From an uncultured bacterium (GTDB taxonomy: Bacteria > Lernaellota > Lernaellaia > Lernaellales > Lernaellaceae): a DNA stretch of 55,842 nucleotides. Every line of letters starts with the position of its first letter. Within the stretch, counting starts at the first letter, position 1. Shown here piece after piece: positions 29,260 to 38,393 of this stretch. The translations under genes were made by a program, and so were the position numbers. Under the pieces are notes generated by a model. It was not told the origin of the DNA and did not search any database. It was given only the letters and a program-made list of their open reading frames with translations. The stretch covers positions 1 through 55,842 of the forward strand of contig CAZHPN010000013.1 in NCBI GenBank assembly GCA_964534375.1, written 5' to 3'.

Positions 29260-31686
29260 TCACGGCCGGGCCGCGGGTTTCGCGACGAATGTTTCCCATT
29301 GCAACAGCGGCAACACGGGCGCCTCAGCGCCTTGACCGCCCGTCATCGCGCGCCATTGCTCGTCGTTGTAACGCTGATATTTCAGCCGATAGGATAGGCG
29401 CAGTGGCCAGTGGACATCCGGCGGCAGCGGCGCGCACCGCTGATCGAAATACCCGGTGTCCGGTTGAATATACTTTTGGTTGACGATGCGCACGTAATCC
29501 TTCGTTTCGTCGGGGGAAATCGGACGCCCTTTCTTGTCGACCTCGAGCCGGCCGAGTTGGTCGGGGAACTCGTCCTCCCGACATCCCCGCTGGCGAAGAA
29601 CGCGGTCCTGGGCGTCAGTCAACGAACATTCGATCCAGACGCGCACGAGGTTGGCGAACAAACTCGACGGAAAATCGTGACCGAGGTTTTTGTTCGTCAG
29701 CCGCACGCCGAACGTCAACGTCGGCAGGCCGTCAACATCCGTCAACGACACGCCTTCCAATTTCGCGACGAAGGCGACGCCGCTGTCGTTGACTTCATTG
29801 ATCGTCACGACTTTCCGCCAGCCGTTCGCGTAATTGAAATACTTGTAGGTCTTGAGCGTTTCGTCCATAAACATGGGAATGAGCGGCGTCAAAGCCAGTT
29901 TGCTGAAAAGAAAATCATTGTTGGACCGCGAAAAGTTCTGCAACTGCCGCCGGGCGCCGGGGTCGGTTTCAGAAGCGACCTCGTCGAGGTAAATCTGGCT
30001 CCCGAAAAAACGATGATCGCGCCAGGAATACGAAAACTTGTCCTTCTCGATCCGCGGCATGTGACAATCGTGACATTTGATATGCTTTTCACGCGCGTAT
30101 GACGACCGGAGGAACGACGTGACATTGTCTAGCGGGTCGTAGGAATGGCCGTTTCGCCTGGCCTCCAGGGAATGGCAGGGATAACAAGTGCGGCCCGCCG
30201 CGATGTCGGGTTTGGTAAAATCGCTGACGTGCTCGAGAACGCCGACCATCATAAATCGCGCCCGGGCGTCGCGCCCGCTAAAGACGAGATCGGCGCGGGG
30301 AAATTGCACGCGATATATTCCGTTTCTTGGTTCGCTGCCCTGCATCAGGTGGCAGGCGCGGCAACTGACGCCTTCGCTCTGCGCAAGATACTGCGGATTC
30401 GTTAGCAAATCGAGCCGGTCGGAAAAAGCCAGGGCCGGTTCGTGGCAGACCGCGCAGTCGCGAACGGCGTCGAGACCGTGCTTCGCAATCAAACTCGCGA
30501 CCACCGTCTGGAAAGCCTTGTTCTTGACCGCATACGCGTGGGCGGAGGCCACCCACTGACGGTAGGCGACGGGATGACAGCGCTGGCACTCGCCGCTGCC
30601 GTTGAGCGCTCGCGGGTCGAGCGCGACGCGCCGGGGGCCGGCCGTCGGCGACGTCGGAGAACGATAATCGTTCGCCGCGTACCCGGTTTGCAGCGCCCGC
30701 GCTTTGAAACGGTGCATTTGTTGCGTGGCGAGGACCGAGGCCGCGGCCACCAGCAGCCACGCGAGAAGCAGCGTGGAAACGGGCAGCGCTCGCAATTGGA
30801 GCCGCCGGCGACAATAGACAAAGACGTTGAACAACGCCGTGAAAAACAAGAACACTCCGTAATACGCGTGCCAGAATCGCTGCACGAACGCGAAGCGGAC
30901 ATTGGCCGGATCGCTGATGACAAACAGGCCGGTCGCGAGCGTTACGATCAGGGGGTACGACCAAAAGAACCACAGCAACGCATCGACGCGGCGCCGCGGG
31001 TCGACGGTTTGCAACAGGCGCATCAAGAGAAACAGCGGCAAAAGCGTGACATTGTAAATGATCAGGATGCTGAGCGGCGCCGGCGTTCGCGACGCGAACT
31101 GGAAAAACAGCGGCCACAACACAAACCACCAAGCCAACGTCCGGCTGCGGGCGACCCGAACGATGAAGCCGTGCACGACGTACAAATACGCGAAGAATAG
31201 AGCCACGCCCCAGGCTCGGTGAAACTCGAGCGCATAGTAATAAACGCGCGCGCTCGGAAATACGACATACAGGCCGACGCCGCTCGCAATCAGAACCGCG
31301 ATCGCGGCCTGCCACGCCGCCATTCGCCGGCTTTGCCCGCCGCCCGCCTCGGCGACCGGTCCGAGAAATCGGGAATTGGCGTCCCGGTCCGTCGACGACA
31401 GCCACGCCCCGAACGAAGCGGCGCTTTGCCGGCGGAAAAAAAGAAACAACCGCACGTTTGAATAAAAGATGATAATCGCCTCGACGATGGTTGTCGGGGA
31501 CCAATACAGATTGTGAATGAGAACCGCGACAAAGTAATAGGGAATAGGAGCAACCGTCACGAGCAGGGCGGCATAGAGCGCGAGCTTGAACAACGCCCAC
31601 GCGAGACGTTGCGCCATATTCACGCGGACCAGCGTCGGCACGAGCCCATGCGGGCGGCCCCCGGACATCGGATGCTGTTCACTCAA
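29260..31686 (-). CDS. Membrane-anchored pentaheme c-type cytochrome (c554-like) A
   Basis: About 9-10 N-terminal hydrophobic segments; CQRCH, CAVCH, CRACH, CYPCH, CHDCH; WxxSxH; C-terminal GHxFP domain. Confidence 0.85.
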   Translation of the reverse strand: MSEQHPMSGGRPHGLVPTLVRVNMAQRLAWALFKLALYAALLVTVAPIPYYFVAVLIHNLYWSPTTIVEAIIIFYSNVRLFLFFRRQSAASFGAWLSSTDRDANSRFLGPVAEAGGGQSRRMAAWQAAIAVLIASGVGLYVVFPSARVYYYALEFHRAWGVALFFAYLYVVHGFIVRVARSRTLAWWFVLWPLFFQFASRTPAPLSILIIYNVTLLPLFLLMRLLQTVDPRRRVDALLWFFWSYPLIVTLATGLFVISDPANVRFAFVQRFWHAYYGVFLFFTALFNVFVYCRRRLQLRALPVSTLLLAWLLVAAASVLATQQMHRFKARALQTGYAANDYRSPTSPTAGPRRVALDPRALNGSGECQRCHPVAYRQWVASAHAYAVKNKAFQTVVASLIAKHGLDAVRDCAVCHEPALAFSDRLDLLTNPQYLAQSEGVSCRACHLMQGSEPRNGIYRVQFPRADLVFSGRDARARFMMVGVLEHVSDFTKPDIAAGRTCYPCHSLEARRNGHSYDPLDNVTSFLRSSYAREKHIKCHDCHMPRIEKDKFSYSWRDHRFFGSQIYLDEVASETDPGARRQLQNFSRSNNDFLFSKLALTPLIPMFMDETLKTYKYFNYANGWRKVVTINEVNDSGVAFVAKLEGVSLTDVDGLPTLTFGVRLTNKNLGHDFPSSLFANLVRVWIECSLTDAQDRVLRQRGCREDEFPDQLGRLEVDKKGRPISPDETKDYVRIVNQKYIQPDTGYFDQRCAPLPPDVHWPLRLSYRLKYQRYNDEQWRAMTGGQGAEAPVLPLLQWETFVAKPAARP

Positions 31687-32092
31687 GTCCGTTTTCTACC
31701 AACAAACGTCCCACCGCCCCCTCGTTGTCGACCGGCTGGCGATGCCATTGCGCGGGGCGCCCAGCGCCCGCGGTTGGCGTTCTGCGGCAACTTGCTGAGT
31801 GCTCGACCGCACCCGAACGGCCGGCGGCGGCCGGCGGCGCTGGATCCCATTCCCCGACAAACCTGCCGCCCGGCACTCATTTGAAAAGCTACGCTTTTTC
31901 GATCTCGTTGTCCATGTCGACGGAATGCGCCAATGCGCACAGCCGCGACGCGCTGAGCTTGCCCAGCCGTCGGCCGATGGTTGTTCCGCCATGACCGCCG
32001 GAGCTTTCAACCGTTCCCAGGCCGTGTTATTATTGCGAGAAAATGGCGGCAGGTCATCTGTGCCGACCGATGGGACGTGAAAGGAATTAGAA

Positions 32093-33106
32093 ATGAAAGT
32101 GCGGTTCTGTCTGTTCATGCCGCTGTTGATTGCGGCATTTGCACTACTATCGGCGGTTCCTGGTTGCGGAGGCAGCAGCAGCGCCGTCCGCGCCGCTCGC
32201 CCAGTCGTCGATGACGACGCAACGCCGGACGACGATGACTCTGCCGACGACGACGCCTCGCCAGGTGACGACGACAATGATGACAATGACGACAATGATG
32301 ACAATGACGACAACGATGACGACGATGACAATGACGACGACGACAATGACGACGACAATGACGACAACGATGACGACGATGACGACGACAATGACGACGA
32401 CAATGACGATGACGTGTCGCCCGACGATGATAATGATGACACCACGGTTCCGTTTGCGGGGGTCGTTATCGATTCGTTTTCCAATTCGGGAGTCCCCGAT
32501 GCCACCGTCGACCTCTTGAACGACGAAAACATCCAGCCGTTCGACCCGCCCATCTCGACAGTTACCAATGACGACGGCCAATTCTCGGTCGCCATTCCGG
32601 CGGACCTGACGGTCGCCACGATCGAAGTGACGAACGTGAATTATTATGACACATATTTCGACCACACGGATCTGACGCTGAATTCAGCGGCGGAACAATT
32701 CCGCGTGATTACGAAACAAGAGTGGGCGGATGCCTTCAACGCGATCGGCATCACGTTGGATTCGAGCAAGGGCCAGATTTGGGGAGTCGTGGTGTGGATC
32801 GCGTCTAGCGGACCGCCGGCCTTCGTCGGTTGCGCCAACGTGAAGGTCACTCCGAGCAGCGGACAAGTCGTTTACTCCGATGACACGGGGTCTCCCACAA
32901 CGGGCCGTAGTTCGACGAATCCCAACAATAGTTCGTTCTTTGTGGTTAACGTCGATCCGGGTCCGCTCACGATTACGGTTGACGCAGACGGATACGTCCT
33001 GGAGTTTTTCGCGACGAATATTCTTGCAGAGACCGTGACGGCAGCCACGATCAGTTACCCTTACACTACCTACCCGACCAATCCGACGCCGGCCGAGTGC
33101 AATTAG
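32093..33106 (+). CDS. Lipoprotein with D/N-rich linker and beta-sandwich (carboxypeptidase-regulatory-like) domains
   Basis: RBS AAGGA; lipobox VPGC; about 75-residue D/N tract; GxVxD..GVPDATV..TxxDGxF. Confidence 0.85.
   Translation: MKVRFCLFMPLLIAAFALLSAVPGCGGSSSAVRAARPVVDDDATPDDDDSADDDASPGDDDNDDNDDNDDNDDNDDDDDNDDDDNDDDNDDNDDDDDDDNDDDNDDDVSPDDDNDDTTVPFAGVVIDSFSNSGVPDATVDLLNDENIQPFDPPISTVTNDDGQFSVAIPADLTVATIEVTNVNYYDTYFDHTDLTLNSAAEQFRVITKQEWADAFNAIGITLDSSKGQIWGVVVWIASSGPPAFVGCANVKVTPSSGQVVYSDDTGSPTTGRSSTNPNNSSFFVVNVDPGPLTITVDADGYVLEFFATNILAETVTAATISYPYTTYPTNPTPAECN
32209..32440 (+). repeat. Coding GAY/AAY trinucleotide low-complexity tract
   Basis: (gacgacaat)-like iterations encoding DDN repeats. 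Confidence 0.9.
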
Positions 33107-33229
33107 ACGACGACAGCCGGGCTGCCGCACGATGGCCAATTCGTCGGCCGACAATTAACGACGGATTTTTGCGGCGGTCGCGACGACCTACGGCGACGCG
33201 GTAGTCCGGAGCGATTTTCCCACGCCCGC

Positions 33230-34105
33230 GTGTGTGTGCCCGGCGGTTGTCAGGCAACAGCCGGCTCGTCCTACTTCGGGGAGAGCGGGCGCACCCATCG
33301 GTTGACTCCCGACGGCCATGAGACCGAGTTGGCCGCCGGGGCCGAGCCCCTCTGCGCGATTATTGTGCTCTGCGACGACTCGATGCTAATTACCCGCGGC
33401 GAAGAAGAGCGGTTCATTCGTTTTGCCGACTTGGCGCACGGCAGGAAAATCGCCGATATCGTCCTGGAAGGGATGCCAACTTGGGTCGCTTTGTCGCCCG
33501 ACCGGAAGCACATTTTCATCTCCACATACGACCCAGGGGTGATCGTTCGTGTCGACCCGGCCAAACGGCACATTGACAAGATCATGGTCCGGTATGCACA
33601 GACCGATCCGAAGTTTTCCGGCATCGCCCGACTCATTGTGCAAGACAACTGCGTGATTGGGGCGTTTTCATCGTTCTTCACCATCGACGGCGGCGCGGGC
33701 GAGGTGTTCTCCGTCGATCTCGACCTTGACGACTTTCGCAGCCTTCACCATTTTCATGGCGCATATGCGTATATCGCGCCGGATTCGCCGACCAGCGTCT
33801 TTTTCAAAATCTACAACAAGGAGGACCTTTGGCGATTGGCGCTTGACGGTTCGGGCGCGCATTCCTTTGCGGCAGCGCCGCGTGGCTACCATTTCCTCGC
33901 GCGGCTGACGAATCCGTCGCTTGTTGTCGCCACTCATTGGACGACCGGCGAGATCCTGGCCGTCTGCACCGCGACCCCGGAGAAACGTTTCCACATGAAC
34001 CTCGGCGGCATCGGCTCGGTGATGGCTGTGCGGGGCAATCGCGTTTTTGTTCCAACAGCCGCCGGTTATGCAACCATGGTGTTCCCCGAAACGCTTTGCG
34101 ACTAG
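33230..34105 (+). CDS. Hypothetical beta-propeller-like protein, start uncertain (possibly a fragment)
   Basis: Beta-rich, with PxxVALSPDxK and GxIxxVD blade-like motifs; no clear RBS; frame open back to the TAG at 33104. Confidence 0.55.
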   Translation: MCVPGGCQATAGSSYFGESGRTHRLTPDGHETELAAGAEPLCAIIVLCDDSMLITRGEEERFIRFADLAHGRKIADIVLEGMPTWVALSPDRKHIFISTYDPGVIVRVDPAKRHIDKIMVRYAQTDPKFSGIARLIVQDNCVIGAFSSFFTIDGGAGEVFSVDLDLDDFRSLHHFHGAYAYIAPDSPTSVFFKIYNKEDLWRLALDGSGAHSFAAAPRGYHFLARLTNPSLVVATHWTTGEILAVCTATPEKRFHMNLGGIGSVMAVRGNRVFVPTAAGYATMVFPETLCD

Positions 34106-34576
34106 GCCGAAGTTGCCTTCCATCGGGACAAAACGGCAGTCGGCATAGCGGGGTCGAATGGGAGGCGCCGAGCCGCCCGCCGCGTTCCTGGCTGACGTTC
34201 CTGCCGCAAGCCGGTCGCGGTGTTCGTCCGCGACGTTCAATGCCCGCGCATTCGAGCCGATGTGGATCACCCCAGGTGTTGCGTGGCCCTCTTCACGTGG
34301 GCTTTGCAAAGCGCATAACCTTTCACATTTCTCGCCTCCCTGCACACGTGAGCGACGCGGGCGGCGGCGCCGTCGCCGGCGGCTGGCAACGCTCACGTTG
34401 GCACAGAGGGCTTTCGACTTGCATGCCCGCGCATGTCGGAGGATAGTTGTGGCTGCGTTGGGGAGAACGCCGTCGAGGGGGAAGCGTGGCGCGGTCGCGC
34501 CGATGTGCGGCGTTCGTCGCCGTGATCCCTTCCGGCGAAAACAACTGGCGACACTTTCCCTCGATCAGGGTCGAGC

Positions 34577-36934
34577 ATGGTCCGTTGGAGCCTTGCAGCG
34601 TGGTTCGGAAGTGAGCGGGCGGGGGTTGTTCTCGTTTCGACCCTCGCGTCGTTGGCGGTCTGGCTGACGGCCAATTCGATCTTCACAATGTCTGTTCCGG
34701 GGTTCCCGACCGTCGTTCAGGCGGCGATGCTTTGTCACCGGAATCTGGGCGCGGCATTTGTCGGACTGCTTGTCGTCTGCTACCCGGCGCACCTCTTCGC
34801 TTTCAAGGGATTTTCACGCGCCACTGTCAGCCTGATATTCTCACCGATCAAGCCGATCGTATTCGTCATCGGCGCTTATTGCCTTGTCTCACGGTCCTGG
34901 GAAATCAATCGCTATTTGTCATTAGCCGCGACCGCTCTCGTTTTTGCCGCGTTCGAGATCGTCGCGAAGCGCCGCCGGCTTTGGCGGCGGTGCGTCGACG
35001 CCCTCCTCGTCATTGCCCTGGCGCAAGCGTTCCCGGCTTCGCCCTTCGACGAATTGATCCGGTTTTTTGTTTTCTCGCTGGTTTTCTTGTCGGTTTGGCG
35101 GCTGGGTTCCGCGTTCGTTTCGATCGTCGCCAAACCGTTGCAGCGGACCGCGGCCTCCGGCGTGCTTTTGTTCTATGCGACGGCCCTGTCGCTGGTATTC
35201 GCCGCGATGATGTTGGGCGGCGCGAACGCCGGGAACTATGACATGTTTACCGATGCGGAGTACTCCCCGTTCGATTGGTATCACCGCCTTGCTTCCTTTC
35301 TGTGGCTCGGCGCAGCCGCGACCCACGTTTGGATCGCCTGGGGCAGTTCCGACCGCCGCGGCCCGACGCGGCGCATCGTCGATTGGCGCATCGTTCTCGC
35401 ATTCGTGCCGATCTGTTTCGTCGCGGAGATCGCCCATTATTATCACTATTCCGCTTTTCGGACTGCCGCCCCCTCAGCGCCGGCGCCGGCGATTGTTTCA
35501 CCCTATTCGAATCTGAAGGGATATGTTGCTGCCGGGCGCAATTTGTGGTTTATGACGACCATCAATACCTGCAGCGCCTATCGCTGCCATCCGGAGATCG
35601 CGGAGCAGCACGACCGGTCGGCGCATGGGCGTGCCTTCGAGAACGCGGCGTTCAAGACGGAATTGGCGAAATTCATTCAAGACCGGGGCCGCCCCGCCGC
35701 CGATTATTGTTTGTCTTGTCATGCGCCCCTGGGCGTCATTGCCCATCCCGCGGCCGGCGCCGGCGACGGGGCGATCGATCCCCTGACGACCAAGGATCCG
35801 GCGTTCGCCGCCGGCGTGGCTTGCGTCGTGTGCCACCGGGCCGCGGCCGACCAGTCGGGTCCGGTCGGCAACGCGTCGCTGGCGATACGTCCGCTCTGGC
35901 TGGACCGCGAAAGGTATCTCGGCGAAGACGAGGAGGCCGGCCAGCCGCTGCACCGGACGCTGATTCAGGCCGCCATCGGCCTGCACCGGCAAGAGATGCG
36001 CGTCAAGAAAGAAGATTGGAACGCCGTTTGCGGGGCCTGCCACGTGGTCACGCTGCCGGCGAGCCTCGCGGCGGACGGCGTGGAAAAGCCGATCGCCGAT
36101 CATTACCTGTCATATCTCAAGTCCGACTTTGCCAAGAAAGGAGTCACCTGCGCCGATTGCCATCAACCACGGTTCGAAACGCGCGAAATCGGATATATCA
36201 CAAGCGCCCACGATTACCTCGGTCCGGGCGCGTCGCTGCCGTACGGCGACAAATGGGACGAGCCGTTTCGGCGGATCTCGCTCGCTTTTTTGACGGGACT
36301 CGGCGACGTCGCGCTCCGAGCGGCGGCGACAGACGACCTGCCGCCCTGCGTGGCGGACGCGCCGAGGAAAAAGCGGCATGTTCTTTTTGAACGCGGCCCC
36401 CGCGATCCGTTCATCGGCACGAATGGCGGGTGCGCATTTCGGGGTCTTCTGAAAACCGACCTGACGGTGCGAGGAATTTTTTCCGACCGTGTGGACATCG
36501 ACGTCACGACTTCGAACGAATGCGTCGGCCACGCCTTTCCGGCGGGGGGCGGCATGCGGGCGTACCTGGAGGTCACCGCGCTGGACGCGAACGGCGCCGT
36601 CGTCGGCTCGTACGGCGGTTTGGGGGCGGACGGCAAGCCGGTCGACACGCCGTCGATCCTTGGCAATCGCTCGGTCGATCGCGACGGCCGACCGATTGCC
36701 GACCGTCGTTTCTGGAACATGGTCGCGGTCGTGCGCGAGAAACGGCTGCCCGTCGGCGGGAGCACGAGGGACCACGTCGAGTTAGCCCTTGCGAGGAACG
36801 GCGGCGCGCCGCGAACGATTCAGGCGCAATGGTGGTACTTGCGCCCCGAGGCCTTGCGCATGGGCGTTCAGGGGACGTCCGAGGAAACGGCTCCAGTGCT
36901 TGTCGGAAAAGCAGTCGCCACGCTCGCCAAGTAA
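34577..36934 (+). CDS. Membrane-anchored pentaheme c-type cytochrome B (paralog of A)
   Basis: Multi-TM N-terminus; CSAYRCH, CLSCH, CVVCH, CGACH, CADCH; SAH after heme 1; GHAFP domain. Confidence 0.85.
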   Translation: MVRWSLAAWFGSERAGVVLVSTLASLAVWLTANSIFTMSVPGFPTVVQAAMLCHRNLGAAFVGLLVVCYPAHLFAFKGFSRATVSLIFSPIKPIVFVIGAYCLVSRSWEINRYLSLAATALVFAAFEIVAKRRRLWRRCVDALLVIALAQAFPASPFDELIRFFVFSLVFLSVWRLGSAFVSIVAKPLQRTAASGVLLFYATALSLVFAAMMLGGANAGNYDMFTDAEYSPFDWYHRLASFLWLGAAATHVWIAWGSSDRRGPTRRIVDWRIVLAFVPICFVAEIAHYYHYSAFRTAAPSAPAPAIVSPYSNLKGYVAAGRNLWFMTTINTCSAYRCHPEIAEQHDRSAHGRAFENAAFKTELAKFIQDRGRPAADYCLSCHAPLGVIAHPAAGAGDGAIDPLTTKDPAFAAGVACVVCHRAAADQSGPVGNASLAIRPLWLDRERYLGEDEEAGQPLHRTLIQAAIGLHRQEMRVKKEDWNAVCGACHVVTLPASLAADGVEKPIADHYLSYLKSDFAKKGVTCADCHQPRFETREIGYITSAHDYLGPGASLPYGDKWDEPFRRISLAFLTGLGDVALRAAATDDLPPCVADAPRKKRHVLFERGPRDPFIGTNGGCAFRGLLKTDLTVRGIFSDRVDIDVTTSNECVGHAFPAGGGMRAYLEVTALDANGAVVGSYGGLGADGKPVDTPSILGNRSVDRDGRPIADRRFWNMVAVVREKRLPVGGSTRDHVELALARNGGAPRTIQAQWWYLRPEALRMGVQGTSEETAPVLVGKAVATLAK

Positions 36935-37659
36935 CGACCTTGTCAGGCGTTGTAATAGCCGATCGACGCACCGTGCGAGACCGATCGGCGAATCCAAGAT
37001 TGAAAGCCGGGAGCGGGCGCCGTAGCGAGGAAGGAACGGCCTGTTGCTGAAAATCGAGATGAATCCGGGATACGCTTCCTATCGCGTGCGCGAGCGGCAT
37101 CAGCCGAGGCCTTGCCCGTTCATACGGGTCTTTTGCAACATTTCACCTCCGCGCGTCAGGCGGCCCGCCCGCCGCCGCTTCTCGTGAAGGCGATGCCGTT
37201 CATGCTTGACGAAACCCAACCGACGACCGCGGCGCGGTTCCCGGAGGAAAAACCGGTTGTCGCGTTGGCCTTCCGCATCGGCCGGTGGATCGTCAGTCTT
37301 TCGGCATCGAAGCCGCGATCGATCGACGTTTGGCGGAACCCAATCAAGGCGTCGCTGTCGAGCCCATCAATGGACGTTGAAGCTTTCGCGAAAGAACAAC
37401 ACTCGGGAATTCGGTCTCTTCCATGTCGGCGAATGCGGCGAAACTGCCAAGTCGCCGCGTGAAACCTATCGCTTTGCCGCCAGCCTCGACCTCGACTGTG
37501 CCCGGTTTTCCAACGTTACGGCCAAGCCTGGACCGCGGCTCCGCCCAGAGACAGTCGGCCGGAATGATGCCCTTGGCTAACTTCGCCAATTTTTGAGAAA
37601 CGCTCCGGGCACCTCCTGGCTGGCCGGCTTGTTTTGCTTCGCTCGGAGGCAGAACGGAA

Positions 37660-38065
37660 CAGCCCCAGGCGTTTGATCGTGCCCAGCACCGCCCGCACGT
37701 GGCCGTGCGGCGTCGAGCGGTCGATCACGAAGGTCTCGGCCGGATCCACCTGCGGCTCGTTCTTCAACACCCGACGCAGGGCTTCGATCTTCTCAGCCGG
37801 CCAATGCGTGAGATTGGCGATGGTGCGTTTTTTGATCTTGCCGTCCTCGCGCCACGCTTCGCGCAGCAGGATGGCCGGCGGGGAATTGCCATTGGGGACT
37901 GTTTCGATGTACATGGTAACTAAATAGCACACGTCGTCAATGAAATCGAGATAAATATTTCAAATACATGGGTACATTTGGCGAGATTCTTGCGGGAAAA
38001 CGTCGTGCCTTATCAAAGAGATATCCCGGTTCAATGCCTTAAAACTTCCGGGAACTTCGGGCCAG
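37660..38065 (-). mobile_element. Truncated IS1634-family element (left end plus about 85 N-terminal transposase codons, start 37914)
   Basis: MYIETVPNxNSPPAILLRExxRExGKxKKRTIANLxxWP...PHGHV..VLG..KRLGL; similarity ends abruptly; candidate terminal repeat gggaacttcgggccag at 38050-38065. Confidence 0.8.
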
Positions 38066-38393
38066 CCTAAGCGCGCCTGGCTTCGCGTCTCTTGATCCTA
38101 AAGCCTATGCCGCGTCGGGGACAGGGGTTGGGGAGGGGTCGCACCAAGCAGCGACGTCTTATTTCCGAGAGCGTGAATCCGCGTAGTGGCGAAGAAAAAT
38201 TTTGATTGCAGCGGCACACACTACACGACCAGCCTCGATTCCCTCGGGAATTCACCGAAACCCACTTTCCTGACGCAGGCCCGTTTTCTTTTCGCGACCT
38301 TGATTTGCCCGCGGAGATTACGCATGATCGGCATAAACCATCATCCATAGATATCTTCGTCGTCGCGTTGGGGAAAAGGACCGGAGCAACTCC

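Noticed and set aside
32130..32665. Poly-Thr/Met and poly-Val/Ile ORFs
   Set aside because: Alternate-frame readings of the Asp/Asn trinucleotide tract
36935..37660. Short ORFs between cytochrome B and the IS1634 fragment
   Set aside because: No RBS, motif or consistent frame that I can support; possibly decayed coding DNA
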